64,000 nucleotides of DNA from Oligoflexia bacterium (GTDB lineage: Bacteria > Bdellovibrionota > UBA1018), in contig CAVWVI010000004.1 in NCBI GenBank assembly GCA_963758495.1, positions 471,587 through 535,586 of the forward strand, given 5' to 3'. Below the pieces are notes generated by a model. It saw nothing but the letters and a program-made list of their open reading frames with translations. It made no database searches and was not told the DNA's origin. Positions within the stretch are counted from its first letter, which is position 1, and each line of letters begins with the position of its first letter. Below, in pieces: positions 39,718-49,695 of this stretch. The translations under genes were made by a program, and so were the position numbers.

Positions 39718-40977
39718 ATGGCTATTTTGATTGTAGATGACGAAACAAAAACTCGAGATGCCTTGCGAAATCTTCTGAGCCATCTTGGACATAAAGTACT
39801 CTTAGAAGCCAAAAATGGAGAGGAAGCTCTTAAAGTCGCTCACTCTGAGAAATCTCGAATTAAACTAGTCCTTGCTGATTTAGAAATGCCTCATATGGAC
39901 GGGCTGACTTTAGCCAAAAAAATTGGAGAACTGCCCATTCTCGACTTGGCACCCTTTCTTTTGATTACTTCCGATCTATCTCGATCTCAATTATCTGAGC
40001 ATAGAAAACAAATCCCACGAATCGATTTCTACCTGCTTAAGCCTTTTCGAATGGCAACATTAGCAGAGGCTCTGAATCGTGCCTATATCCAGAGAAGCCT
40101 TACACGAAGTCAGATACTCTATGTGGGAAAAAATATTCCTATCTCCCTTTCTCAGGCTATTCACCAAAGCTCTCATGATACCCTTTGGACAGAACTAGTC
40201 CTCATTCAAAGCCCAACAGCACTCAAAGAAAAACTAGTCAGCTTCGCGCAAAAACCAGGAGTGATCTTACCAGGAGCTATCTTCATTCATCCGTCAGACC
40301 TAAACCAGGACGAAAAAATACAATACAGTGAGATCCTCTCAATCTTCAAAAAGACACCTCTAGGTAACATGATGCAGTTTGCGTGCTTAAGCCGGAATCC
40401 AGAGGAAGTATTTAACTTTAGAATAATTTGTCAGCTTTTCTACACACCCCAAAGCACTATTCAGGATTGGCATTCACTCCTCACGCAAATCACGATGAGA
40501 ATTCATCATAGCTGGGAAATAGAACTACTTGCTCAAGAAACTAAATTTAAAATTCAGGAAAGGCAATACAAAACAGCACTAAAAACTGCTGAACAAGCAT
40601 TAAAGTTAGATCAAAATAATTCCGAATCCCATATTACGATCGGCGAAATTCTGGAGCACCTCAATCAACAGGACAAAGCAGCACTTCACTATCAAAAGGC
40701 CATTCAACTCAATCCTACTTTACCACGTCCGTATATTAAACTTTTTAAGCTTTGCTCTCATTCAAAAGCTTTTCATGACAAACCCCAAGATATCTTCGAA
40801 ATAATCACGATGGGTGTGCAGTTCTGTCCACAGAATTTGGATTTTCTCTTTTTCGCAGCAACAGAATTATTTAAACTTGGAAATAAAAGAACCTCTAAAG
40901 ATCTTTTAGAGATCATTCTTAATATAGAGCCTCAACATTCAAGTGCCAAGATACTATTGAAACAAATCCAATGTTAA
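39718..40977 (+). CDS. response regulator with receiver domain and C-terminal TPR repeats
   Basis: ILIVDDE...LADLEMPHMDGL receiver motifs; C-terminal TPR-like helices; ATG at 39718 (TTG at 39709 also possible). Confidence 0.7.
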   Translation: MAILIVDDETKTRDALRNLLSHLGHKVLLEAKNGEEALKVAHSEKSRIKLVLADLEMPHMDGLTLAKKIGELPILDLAPFLLITSDLSRSQLSEHRKQIPRIDFYLLKPFRMATLAEALNRAYIQRSLTRSQILYVGKNIPISLSQAIHQSSHDTLWTELVLIQSPTALKEKLVSFAQKPGVILPGAIFIHPSDLNQDEKIQYSEILSIFKKTPLGNMMQFACLSRNPEEVFNFRIICQLFYTPQSTIQDWHSLLTQITMRIHHSWEIELLAQETKFKIQERQYKTALKTAEQALKLDQNNSESHITIGEILEHLNQQDKAALHYQKAIQLNPTLPRPYIKLFKLCSHSKAFHDKPQDIFEIITMGVQFCPQNLDFLFFAATELFKLGNKRTSKDLLEIILNIEPQHSSAKILLKQIQC

Positions 40978-42755
40978 ATTTTTTCTTACCCATCATAACG
41001 CTTTTTTTACTGATTTTTGTAATCGACCTCTTCTTTCGTAACAGCAGAGACTTACTCTATCGTACAAATATTTTATCAGGAAAAATTCCTCTTAACGAGC
41101 AACAGCTATTGGAAGTCGTTCAAAAATACGGAAACAATAGCAATTCCTTCATGACGCTTTACCCTGGCTTTGATTACTTTAAATCAAAAGATCCAACTAT
41201 TCCTGGAGCTATAGCATTTTTAGAAATGTCGTACGCTTGGATCGGTGGGACCGAACCTCTCACTTCTCCAGAATGTGAAAATAGGCTCCTCACTGAATTC
41301 GCCGAAGCTGCTGCGAAAGTAGGAAAAACTGCTGTTTTATTGCCTGTGAATCAAGAAGTCGCCAAAAGAGCTTCAAAAGCAGGATATGGCAGCTTAATGA
41401 TTGGACGTGAACCTGTCTTTGATTTATCTTTTTATCCCAAAACTGGAAACACTTGGATTGATATCATACCGACAGCTAAGCAACTTGATGCAAAAGGTGC
41501 AAGAATTATTGAAATTTCTCCCACTCAATGCTCCCAGCAAATCAAACATGAACTCGATGCGATCACAACCGAATGGTTATCTACTAGAAAAATGGATCCA
41601 TTAGGCTTTTTAAATAAAGTAGAACCTTGGACCCTTTCTGAACATAAAAAGTATTTTTACCTTGAGCTTTCAGGAAAAATACTAGCATTTTTAGCAGCAA
41701 TCCCCATTTGGCCACGACGTGGCTGGTATCTTATTGATTTAGTGCGAAAAAAAGACACTCCCGCAGGAACTACTGAGTTACTCACCCTTCGAAGTATGCA
41801 GCTTCTAAAAAATGCAGGTGCCCAAGAGGTTACTCTAGGTGTCTCACCTCTTGCTCAACTGGACTCTGACCCTTCAAACCCAAAACTATCAGCATTTCTT
41901 CGTATGATGTACGAAAAAGGAAATCTATTTTATAATTTCAAATCTCTTTATCAATACAAACTCAAGTTTGATCCCACAAGATGCGATGCTGCTTATCTTA
42001 TATTTAAAAATATAGAAACACAGCAGACTCACCTTCGACTCAAGGATGTCCTCAGCATATTTCAAGCTTTCTCTCGAAAGGGACTGATGCATGCAACGTG
42101 GTCAGGGCTCACTCGTTCCGTAAAACAAACCCATCTTTCTGAATTAATCAGAAATCAGTTAAAATTGGCAGTAGTCGTGCGTTCAGTTCCAAGATCTTGG
42201 CGCCTTCTCCTTTTGCGTTGTAAATTTACTGTGTCCATATTGGTTTTCAATTTAGTTCTGTTTTTTGCCACGACAGAATCTTCTGGATTACTGAAATCAA
42301 GCATTGAAGCCCAATGGGGTTACCGATGGGATACTCTTCATCAATCCCCCGTCCACGCACTCGCACTTTCTCCTTTTCTTCATTGGAATTTAACTCATTT
42401 AAATATCAATTTAATCCTACTCATTTGTTTCACTGGAGGATTAGAATATCTTGCAGGCACAGGCTTTGTGGCCCTGTGTTACCTGATTCCCATGATCCTT
42501 TCAAACCCTCTCACCTCATTATGCCTGGGTGCAATGAATTTTCCGCTGACAGAGCTTGATGTGGGGGCGTCTTTAGGAATTTTTGGCTGTGTCGGCGCTC
42601 TGAATGGGTTTTTGCGACATGGAATCATCTTGAGCGCTAGCCTATGCGGCATCACCTTGATTCAAGCACTGGTGACGCATAATGGACTTGTTTTGAATCA
42701 TTGGACGGCTCTCTTTCTTGGAACCTTAATTGGAAGACTTGCACTCAAAAAGTAA
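40971..42755 (+). CDS. membrane protein with DUF2156 (MprF C-terminal/aminoacyl-lipid-synthase-like) domain fused to a rhomboid-like C-terminal domain
   Basis: N-terminal TM; central region has DUF2156-like blocks (MIGREPVF, IPIWPRRGWYLIDLVRK); C-terminal TM domain has rhomboid-like HWNLTHLNINL, VGASLGIFG and NHWTALFLG. Start overlaps the regulator's stop. Confidence 0.5.
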   Translation: MLNFFLPIITLFLLIFVIDLFFRNSRDLLYRTNILSGKIPLNEQQLLEVVQKYGNNSNSFMTLYPGFDYFKSKDPTIPGAIAFLEMSYAWIGGTEPLTSPECENRLLTEFAEAAAKVGKTAVLLPVNQEVAKRASKAGYGSLMIGREPVFDLSFYPKTGNTWIDIIPTAKQLDAKGARIIEISPTQCSQQIKHELDAITTEWLSTRKMDPLGFLNKVEPWTLSEHKKYFYLELSGKILAFLAAIPIWPRRGWYLIDLVRKKDTPAGTTELLTLRSMQLLKNAGAQEVTLGVSPLAQLDSDPSNPKLSAFLRMMYEKGNLFYNFKSLYQYKLKFDPTRCDAAYLIFKNIETQQTHLRLKDVLSIFQAFSRKGLMHATWSGLTRSVKQTHLSELIRNQLKLAVVVRSVPRSWRLLLLRCKFTVSILVFNLVLFFATTESSGLLKSSIEAQWGYRWDTLHQSPVHALALSPFLHWNLTHLNINLILLICFTGGLEYLAGTGFVALCYLIPMILSNPLTSLCLGAMNFPLTELDVGASLGIFGCVGALNGFLRHGIILSASLCGITLIQALVTHNGLVLNHWTALFLGTLIGRLALKK

Positions 42756-44574
42756 ACTCAATAAAAACCATGGGCCAAACGGTTAAAGAATGCCCAGTAC
42801 CCTGAAGCTCCGCTTCATTCATCCGATACGCTGCCCATTGCTCTTGTAGCCATATACCTACCGTCAAAGTATCATTTAAAGGATGCGAAAATTCTAGATT
42901 TCCGCTTTGTGCATATCGGTAGGAAAGCCCTGTGTTTTGGTAGAGCCCCCCCACGCTTAAGCTTGCTAAATAACTTCCAAAAAACCTTTTGTGAATTCCT
43001 CCTTCTAGATAAGGTCCAAAAAATCCAAAGTTGTTAAAACCAAATTGGCTCGTAGGTTCTTCAATCACACGACCTAGATAGGAAACTCGCACACCCGCAT
43101 TTAAAGTGAAATAGAATTTAGGCTGAAAAAACCTACGTACTATACCGATCAGAATTTGAGTCTCATGAGCAACCAATCTCACTTGATTCGGAACATGAGT
43201 TTCAAAATCCCCTGGTTCAACATAATTTTTATTAACGCTGATCAGTGATTCAATTGAGTAATGTGGATTGAGCCAATAATCATACTGGACTTGACCTTGA
43301 GTGAAAGTAGAAGTTTTTAAGATAACGCTAGCCGGAGAATTTGAGTCATTACCTGAAAAATAATAATTTGTATACTCACTCCCATAAAAAAGTCGAAGAG
43401 CATTCTGATGTTTTGAGTATTCATCGAACATCAGATAAGTTTCATAGGTCTCTTCAGCTCCAGTACGATTTCGCGCGGCCTGAATTTCCAAAGGCATAAA
43501 CTCACTATAGGGTCCACGCTCACCTGCCGTATCGACCGCTGCCACACGCCAATAATAGAAACCAGCCGTATCGGTCTTCCAAACATACTTGATGTTGGAA
43601 ACAGACCTTTCTTGAATCAAATGTTTAAATTCAGAATCTGTTGAAATTTGAATGACATAATCACGAGCGCCTAAAACAGATTTCCATTCCAACTCTACCG
43701 AGTATTTACCGCCATTCGAACCTTCATCGGCATACGCTTCAGCAATAAATAACTGATTCAGAGTTTGCATCCATTTTCTATCGACTCTTCTTTGTTGGGC
43801 TCCTTCATTCGGATAATGAATGACAGGTCGTTTTAAAATAGGTGGATCAATACTTTGAAGAATCACTTCGTTATTCTGAATCATTTGAATATTTACTTTC
43901 GGTCTCAAAAGCTCAGGAGGTTGAATCAAATGATGAACGATAACAGGAGGCGTCGGGCTACTTAAAATTTTATGATTTCCAGGAGTTTGAAATACGAGTC
44001 CAAGCTCTACAGATGCCAAGCTCGAATCGGTAATTTCCACATCTCCTTGATTGATATCAATGATGGGCTCCCCTTGAACTGAGCTCTTAATTTTAAAACT
44101 TGCAGAACCGGTACTCACTACTTTTTTACTACCCACTTGGATCTCAAGAGAAGCTCGATTTTCCCCTTGCTTATTTAAATCTTGCTGCACTGTCCCCTTC
44201 ACTAAAGTCAAAATAAATGCCCGACTATTCAACGATGGCGTCTTTCGCAGCATCACTACCGAATCAGGACCGAGGCTTACCGATTGACCATCTATAAACT
44301 TCAAGGTGACGGCGGATGAAGCTCCCGTCATAATTTCGTCTCCCTCAAATAAGCTCATTCCTTCCTTAATTTGCTTCCAATAGAGCTGATGCCTCGAATG
44401 ACTCTTCGCTGTTCGAGACACTGATTGGACTTGAGCAATACGAACTGCTTGAGAATGCCTATCGGTAGGTTTCCACAAAAAATGGAAATTAGAAAATAGC
44501 ATCCACACTTCAATTACCAATGCAAATAAGATGAGTACTACCCATTTACGCTCTACATAATTCAAAAACTTCAC
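42745..44574 (-). CDS. exported protein with FecR-like and fibronectin-III-like regions and C-terminal beta-barrel-like region
   Basis: N-terminal hydrophobic segment, FecR-like LFEGDEIMTGASSAVTLKFIDGQSVSLGPDSVVML, FN3-like YYWRVAAVD, aromatic-rich C-terminus ending FIEFTF. Confidence 0.45.
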   Translation of the reverse strand: MKFLNYVERKWVVLILFALVIEVWMLFSNFHFLWKPTDRHSQAVRIAQVQSVSRTAKSHSRHQLYWKQIKEGMSLFEGDEIMTGASSAVTLKFIDGQSVSLGPDSVVMLRKTPSLNSRAFILTLVKGTVQQDLNKQGENRASLEIQVGSKKVVSTGSASFKIKSSVQGEPIIDINQGDVEITDSSLASVELGLVFQTPGNHKILSSPTPPVIVHHLIQPPELLRPKVNIQMIQNNEVILQSIDPPILKRPVIHYPNEGAQQRRVDRKWMQTLNQLFIAEAYADEGSNGGKYSVELEWKSVLGARDYVIQISTDSEFKHLIQERSVSNIKYVWKTDTAGFYYWRVAAVDTAGERGPYSEFMPLEIQAARNRTGAEETYETYLMFDEYSKHQNALRLFYGSEYTNYYFSGNDSNSPASVILKTSTFTQGQVQYDYWLNPHYSIESLISVNKNYVEPGDFETHVPNQVRLVAHETQILIGIVRRFFQPKFYFTLNAGVRVSYLGRVIEEPTSQFGFNNFGFFGPYLEGGIHKRFFGSYLASLSVGGLYQNTGLSYRYAQSGNLEFSHPLNDTLTVGIWLQEQWAAYRMNEAELQGTGHSLTVWPMVFIEFTF

Positions 44575-44656
44575 GTATACTCGACTCCCCCCCTTAATGC
44601 AGGTAATATACTATTAAAGTTTCAATAATTTTAAACTTATTCAAGAGTATAACTGC

Positions 44657-46756
44657 ATGAGATGGTCATTACGGACAAAAATATTAATCATTCTTTCGAC
44701 TCTTTTATTAATTGTAGTCACAGCACACCTTATTTTATCTGAAAAAATACTCCGTGAAGATAAAGAATTACTTATTTATGATAGTAATCGATCCAATACT
44801 GAGCAACTTGCAAACGAACTCGACAATTCAATGCATCGAGTTATCGACAAAATGGAGCTTCTTGCGGAGCTAGTTCTCAATAATTCAAACTTATCTAAAA
44901 GCAATGGCAAAGTGCTTGCTGAGCTTTTCATCGAAAAGGATCCAGATCTACTTGTCTTTCAAATCATCCAACCTAAAAAAAGCCACACCCCCATACAAGG
45001 GGAGCTTTTATCCAAAAAGAAAATCCAAGCAATCAAATTAAGCTTATCGCAAATTCATAATAATCATATTTTACCCATTTCATTTGATTCTTCTCAAAGT
45101 GAAATTTCAATAGAAAATCGCTCTATTGCAAACACCATTCTTTATTTAATTCGAGTACCGGTTCAGATCAATGGAACCAAGAAGCAAGAACCCATTTTTG
45201 CACAAGCCTTAATCGATGGCCGCTCCTTGGAACTGATTTTTCGTGAAAGTCAGTCGTTAGCAGTAAATTTTGCAGTCACCCACACTGGACAAATTTTCAC
45301 ACACCCAAACCTCGACTGGGTGACCTCAAGAAAGAATTTAAATAATCTAGAAATCGTAAAAAAGGCCCAACTTCAACAATTCACGATGCAGCAGATGGTC
45401 TTTGATTTTGAGAAAAAAAGCTATATGGGAGTTTACCAAAAAACTACCCTGGGGTCTCTAACAGTGATCTCTATGATCGATAAAAGCATCGCTCGAAGAG
45501 CAAGTCGTATTCTTCTTGAAAAGACTATGATTCTTTCGCTCATTATTGTCACTGTCGTATTATTGATCAGTTTATTTTTTGCGGGATCTTTAAGCACCCC
45601 TCTCTTGAGTCTCGTGGATGCTACAAAGCAAATTTCTTTAGGCAATTTCGACACTCCGATTGACGTTCATACTCAGGACGAGATTGGAGTCCTCGCTCTC
45701 GCATTTTCAAAAATGACAAAAGAACTTAAGTCCTCACGATTGCTACTCGAAGAATATAATCGAGATCTCTCTCTTAAAGTTCATGAACGAACCCAAGAAC
45801 TCGAAAGCAAAAATGCTGCAATTCGTCAACAGCATGAAGTCCTGATTCAATCGACTCATTTAGCTACCCTGGGAGAAATTGCTGGAAAAGCTGCACATGA
45901 AGTTCTCAACCCCCTTACGGCTATGATTTCCAACCTCGAAAAGTTATTGAACTATACAAAGCAACTGAGTCAATCACCCTCTACTTCGCTTTCATTATTT
46001 AAAACCATCTTAGATAGCTGGAGAGAAGCTTATCATTTAGGAGGTCTTCAAGCTTGGTTGGAGAATGTCAAACAGCCCAGCCGCATACTCCCAGGAAAAT
46101 CCCTCCTTGAAGAGGATATCGAAAACTTAAATTTAATCTTAGGGCAGTTCAGTAGTTTTACTCAAAAATCCAATTCGGACTTACAACTGATTCTAAGCGA
46201 ATCTCACCGAATCTCCAGAATCGTGGATCAATTGAGAGGACTGAGCCGAACTACCCGATTGACCTCACCTATAGATATCAATACGATTATTACTGATAGC
46301 ATTCAAGTTACTGAAGATCTGCTCGCCCGTTATAAAATCAAAATCGAAACTCGACTCGATGAGTCACCTCTTTATATTGTAGCTAATGACGATGAAATGA
46401 GACAAATTTTCTTTAATCTCATTAAAAACTCTATGGATGCCATTCATGCTTCAAACTCTCATTCCGGTGGAAGAATTCAAATCACCACCCAAGCATTAAA
46501 AGAACAAGTCAAACTGAACTTTTGGGATAATGGTATTGGGATTCCTTTAAAAAACCGGGATAAGATTTTTGAGTCCGACTTTAGCACTAAAGGAGCCTAT
46601 GGGACGGGATTCGGTTTAGGCATCTGTCGCCGTTTTGCACGTGCAGCTGGAGGAGAAATTATCGTGAAAGCAAGCGAGCCAGGAAAATTTACGGAATTTG
46701 AACTTACTTTTCCTCGTGGATACCCACCTAACTCTCTTGAACCAGAAAAGAAATAA
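44657..46756 (+). CDS. membrane sensor histidine kinase (periplasmic sensor domain, HAMP, HisKA, HATPase)
   Basis: Two TM helices flanking a ~270-aa periplasmic region; H-box HEVLNPLTAM; N, G1, G2 boxes (NLIKNSMDA, WDNGIGIP, GTGFGLGI). Confidence 0.85.
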   Translation: MRWSLRTKILIILSTLLLIVVTAHLILSEKILREDKELLIYDSNRSNTEQLANELDNSMHRVIDKMELLAELVLNNSNLSKSNGKVLAELFIEKDPDLLVFQIIQPKKSHTPIQGELLSKKKIQAIKLSLSQIHNNHILPISFDSSQSEISIENRSIANTILYLIRVPVQINGTKKQEPIFAQALIDGRSLELIFRESQSLAVNFAVTHTGQIFTHPNLDWVTSRKNLNNLEIVKKAQLQQFTMQQMVFDFEKKSYMGVYQKTTLGSLTVISMIDKSIARRASRILLEKTMILSLIIVTVVLLISLFFAGSLSTPLLSLVDATKQISLGNFDTPIDVHTQDEIGVLALAFSKMTKELKSSRLLLEEYNRDLSLKVHERTQELESKNAAIRQQHEVLIQSTHLATLGEIAGKAAHEVLNPLTAMISNLEKLLNYTKQLSQSPSTSLSLFKTILDSWREAYHLGGLQAWLENVKQPSRILPGKSLLEEDIENLNLILGQFSSFTQKSNSDLQLILSESHRISRIVDQLRGLSRTTRLTSPIDINTIITDSIQVTEDLLARYKIKIETRLDESPLYIVANDDEMRQIFFNLIKNSMDAIHASNSHSGGRIQITTQALKEQVKLNFWDNGIGIPLKNRDKIFESDFSTKGAYGTGFGLGICRRFARAAGGEIIVKASEPGKFTEFELTFPRGYPPNSLEPEKK

Positions 46757-46779
46757 GTGACCAGGAGAAGAAATTAGCT

Positions 46780-48042
46780 ATGCCGACAGTTACGCGTCAT
46801 CATCATAATAACCTTCTAAACAACATATTCAATAATCGCATTCTGATAGTCGAAGATGAGCCTAATATTCGAGAGGGGTATCGAAGTATCTTAACACCTA
46901 CCCAAATTCCAGAACTCAGTAGTTCCCGCATTTCTTCCCCAGCTCTCTCCCCTAATCCCGTGCAACACTCCCCCTCTACTTTAAGCTTTGAGATCGTAGA
47001 AGCAGAGAGTGGAGAAAATGCCTTAAAAACTCTTTTGACAGATCTGCAAGAAGGGCGTCGCTTTGCAGGAGCCATTGTCGATGTAAGAATGCCTGGAAAG
47101 TTAGATGGACTCCAATTTATTCAAGAAGCCTGGAAAAATGATCCAGACCTCATCGTGGTGGTGGCCACCGCCTACCAAGATCGCTCTGTCGACGAAATCC
47201 ATAGACTCTTCACCGAATCCTTTCAAGACCAGTGGGATTATCTGAATAAACCTTTTACTGCCGGGGAGATTACTCAAAAAGCGAGGAATCTCGTCTCCAC
47301 TTGGAATCGGAGGTATCGAGAAAAGGAATATTTGAGACAAATTAAAGAACAGCAACAAGCTTTAATAGGTCAAGAAAAACTAGCTGCTGTAGGAAGACTC
47401 GCAAGAAGCGTGGGCCATGAATTTGGAAATATTTTACAACCGCTCATATCCACTCTTGAGCTTACTAAAGAACAAGTGAAATTAGGGGAATTGAATTCAA
47501 TTGAATCATTCGTGGATGAAATGCTTGAAATAGCTAGCCTGGGTGCAAATATTTGTCAGGATTTACTTACATTTTCCGACGAAAATCTAAACCCAAAAAC
47601 TCAATTAAATAAGGTTCTCATTGAACCGATCATCGAAACTTCCACTCGACTCTTAAGACATGAGATCAAAAAGCATGATATCCATATTACCACTCTCATC
47701 GAAAAAAACCTTCAAGGTCTTATAGATGAATCTCGCTTGATCCAAATATTAGTGAACTTATTAAAAAATGCTTTAGATGCACTCCCCGATGGTGGAATCA
47801 TAGAAATTCGTGGTTACTCAACTCCTCAAAATGCAGTCTTGGAAATTAAAGATTACGGTTGTGGCATATCTGACACAGATTTACCCAAACTTTTCCAGCC
47901 TCTATTTTCCACAAAAGGCAACTGCGGTAATGGCATCGGATTGATTGCGTGTAAGCAAATCATGGAAGAACACGGTGGTGAAATTTTAATCCAATCCAAG
48001 CTTGGCATTGGCACTACTGTCATGCTTAAGTTTTCTCTCTAA
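46780..48042 (+). CDS. response-regulator/histidine-kinase hybrid (N-terminal receiver, C-terminal HisKA-HATPase)
   Basis: Receiver ILIVEDE...DVRMPGKLDG with a low-complexity insert; H-box GHEFGNILQPL; NLLKNALDA, DYGCGI, GNGIGL. Confidence 0.8.
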   Translation: MPTVTRHHHNNLLNNIFNNRILIVEDEPNIREGYRSILTPTQIPELSSSRISSPALSPNPVQHSPSTLSFEIVEAESGENALKTLLTDLQEGRRFAGAIVDVRMPGKLDGLQFIQEAWKNDPDLIVVVATAYQDRSVDEIHRLFTESFQDQWDYLNKPFTAGEITQKARNLVSTWNRRYREKEYLRQIKEQQQALIGQEKLAAVGRLARSVGHEFGNILQPLISTLELTKEQVKLGELNSIESFVDEMLEIASLGANICQDLLTFSDENLNPKTQLNKVLIEPIIETSTRLLRHEIKKHDIHITTLIEKNLQGLIDESRLIQILVNLLKNALDALPDGGIIEIRGYSTPQNAVLEIKDYGCGISDTDLPKLFQPLFSTKGNCGNGIGLIACKQIMEEHGGEILIQSKLGIGTTVMLKFSL

Positions 48043-48504
48043 AATCAAAAAGCTATAAGAAAACTGCCCGGTGTGGTCTTCTCGACTGATTTCACGAAAT
48101 TCACTTAATTTAAAATCGGGAAAGAACGTATCCCCATCCATATCTTGATGAATTAAAGTCAGATAAAGCCGCTCAATACGAGGAAACGCTAATCGATAAA
48201 TTTCCGAGCCACCTATGATAAATAGTTCTTCTTCTTTATGCTGATAATAGTCTATCGCTTGTTCAAGGGATTGAACTACACGAGCTCCTTGAACATGATA
48301 ACCCGCTTGCCGCGAAATAATCACATTCTCACGATGAGGTAATACTCGGCCAATGGATTCAAATGTCTTTCTTCCCATCACGATAGGATGCCCTGAAGTG
48401 ATCTCGCGGAATTTTTTTAAATCTTCGGGTAACTTCCAAGGTAGCTGGTTTTTGTTTCCAATCACTCGATTTTGTGACATCGCAACAATAGCTGAAAGCC
48501 TCAT
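47986..48504 (-). CDS. folA: dihydrofolate reductase
   Basis: MRLSAIVAMSQNRVIGNKNQLPWKLPEDLKKFREITSGHPIVMGRKTFESIG matches DHFR N-terminal consensus; 172 aa. Confidence 0.9.
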   Translation of the reverse strand: MRLSAIVAMSQNRVIGNKNQLPWKLPEDLKKFREITSGHPIVMGRKTFESIGRVLPHRENVIISRQAGYHVQGARVVQSLEQAIDYYQHKEEELFIIGGSEIYRLAFPRIERLYLTLIHQDMDGDTFFPDFKLSEFREISREDHTGQFSYSFLILERKLKHDSSANAKLGLD

Positions 48505-48516
48505 AAACCATTTTCC

Positions 48517-49695
48517 TTATACAACGGCTTCGAAAGGGAAAAACTCAATCCCATTTTCTTGGTATGCTTCCGAAAATGGCCCTACTCCAACAAGCCGAAT
48601 TGAAGTTGATGAAGGGACCTTTTCACGAAGTTTGTTCAAAATCAAAATATCCGTTTTTCGGACACGAGATTCGTCAAAGATTTTTATCGCGCAAATCTCG
48701 GAATCAGTATCAATAATAAAGTCAATAGAGCTTCCTCTCTGAGTGGAATAACAATGCATTTTCCACTTCAACTGTCCCAGATTGGTTCTCTGACTCAGTT
48801 GCTCATTCAGGAACCAAGTTTGAATCACTCGATTTTGGCTCGCGCCTAAAAATCTGGCTAATGCACAGTCATAAATAAAAAATAGACTTTTTCCAAATCC
48901 GAGGCGATGAGGGTCCACTTGATGAATCACAAAAAGTTCCCTCAGCACTTCAAGATGCCTTTTGATTCGACGACTGTCTATTCGAAGAGCTGAGGAAATT
49001 TCAGAAATATTAGAAACGTCCAACCGAGCCACCTGCTCCAATATCTCCCGACCCAGCTCAGGGTCAAACCATTTGGCAAATCGCGCGTCACGAAATAAAA
49101 TCAGATCCAGTAGATCTGACATGGCTTGTTCACGCTCTAGATTTGAACGGATGGAAAATAATCCTGGCAAGCCTCCCTTTTCCAAATAGAGATGAAGATC
49201 TTCCCGGCAAACTCGTGGCTTATTATTTAAAAGGTGAATGCCACGAGCTGGATTCAAGGAGAGAGAAAGGCTCTCTGCAATATTAAATGGAAAGATGCGA
49301 ACACGAGACAATCTTCCCGTTAATGATTCGCGAATTCTTGTGAGCCTTGAAAACTCGGTGGACCCAAGTAAGATAAACTTCCCAGGGATTCGATTCTGAT
49401 CAATATTTAACTTAAGTGCGTCAAAAAGATCAGGCGATTTTTGTACTTCGTCAATAATCAGGGGTATTGCCCCCGGATATCGCAAAAGAAAATCATCCGG
49501 TGAGTGTTGAGCAGCTAACCGCAAGGCTTTTTCATCTAAACTCAGATAATGGGCCTGATTCAAATTTTTAGGAAGAATCTCTCGACCTATAAAGCTCTTT
49601 CCTGTTTGCCTTGCGCCCTGGATGGCAACGGCAGGTGCGAAAGAAAGCTTTTTTAAAATCAGTTTTATAGCGTGGCGATTTCTGGCATGAGGCAT
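48517..49695 (-). CDS. AAA+ ATPase of the DUF4143-type family, paralogue 2
   Basis: Walker A VAIQGARQTGKS, Walker B IIDEVQ; 392 aa, collinear with 25880..27058. Confidence 0.7.
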   Translation of the reverse strand: MPHARNRHAIKLILKKLSFAPAVAIQGARQTGKSFIGREILPKNLNQAHYLSLDEKALRLAAQHSPDDFLLRYPGAIPLIIDEVQKSPDLFDALKLNIDQNRIPGKFILLGSTEFSRLTRIRESLTGRLSRVRIFPFNIAESLSLSLNPARGIHLLNNKPRVCREDLHLYLEKGGLPGLFSIRSNLEREQAMSDLLDLILFRDARFAKWFDPELGREILEQVARLDVSNISEISSALRIDSRRIKRHLEVLRELFVIHQVDPHRLGFGKSLFFIYDCALARFLGASQNRVIQTWFLNEQLSQRTNLGQLKWKMHCYSTQRGSSIDFIIDTDSEICAIKIFDESRVRKTDILILNKLREKVPSSTSIRLVGVGPFSEAYQENGIEFFPFEAVV

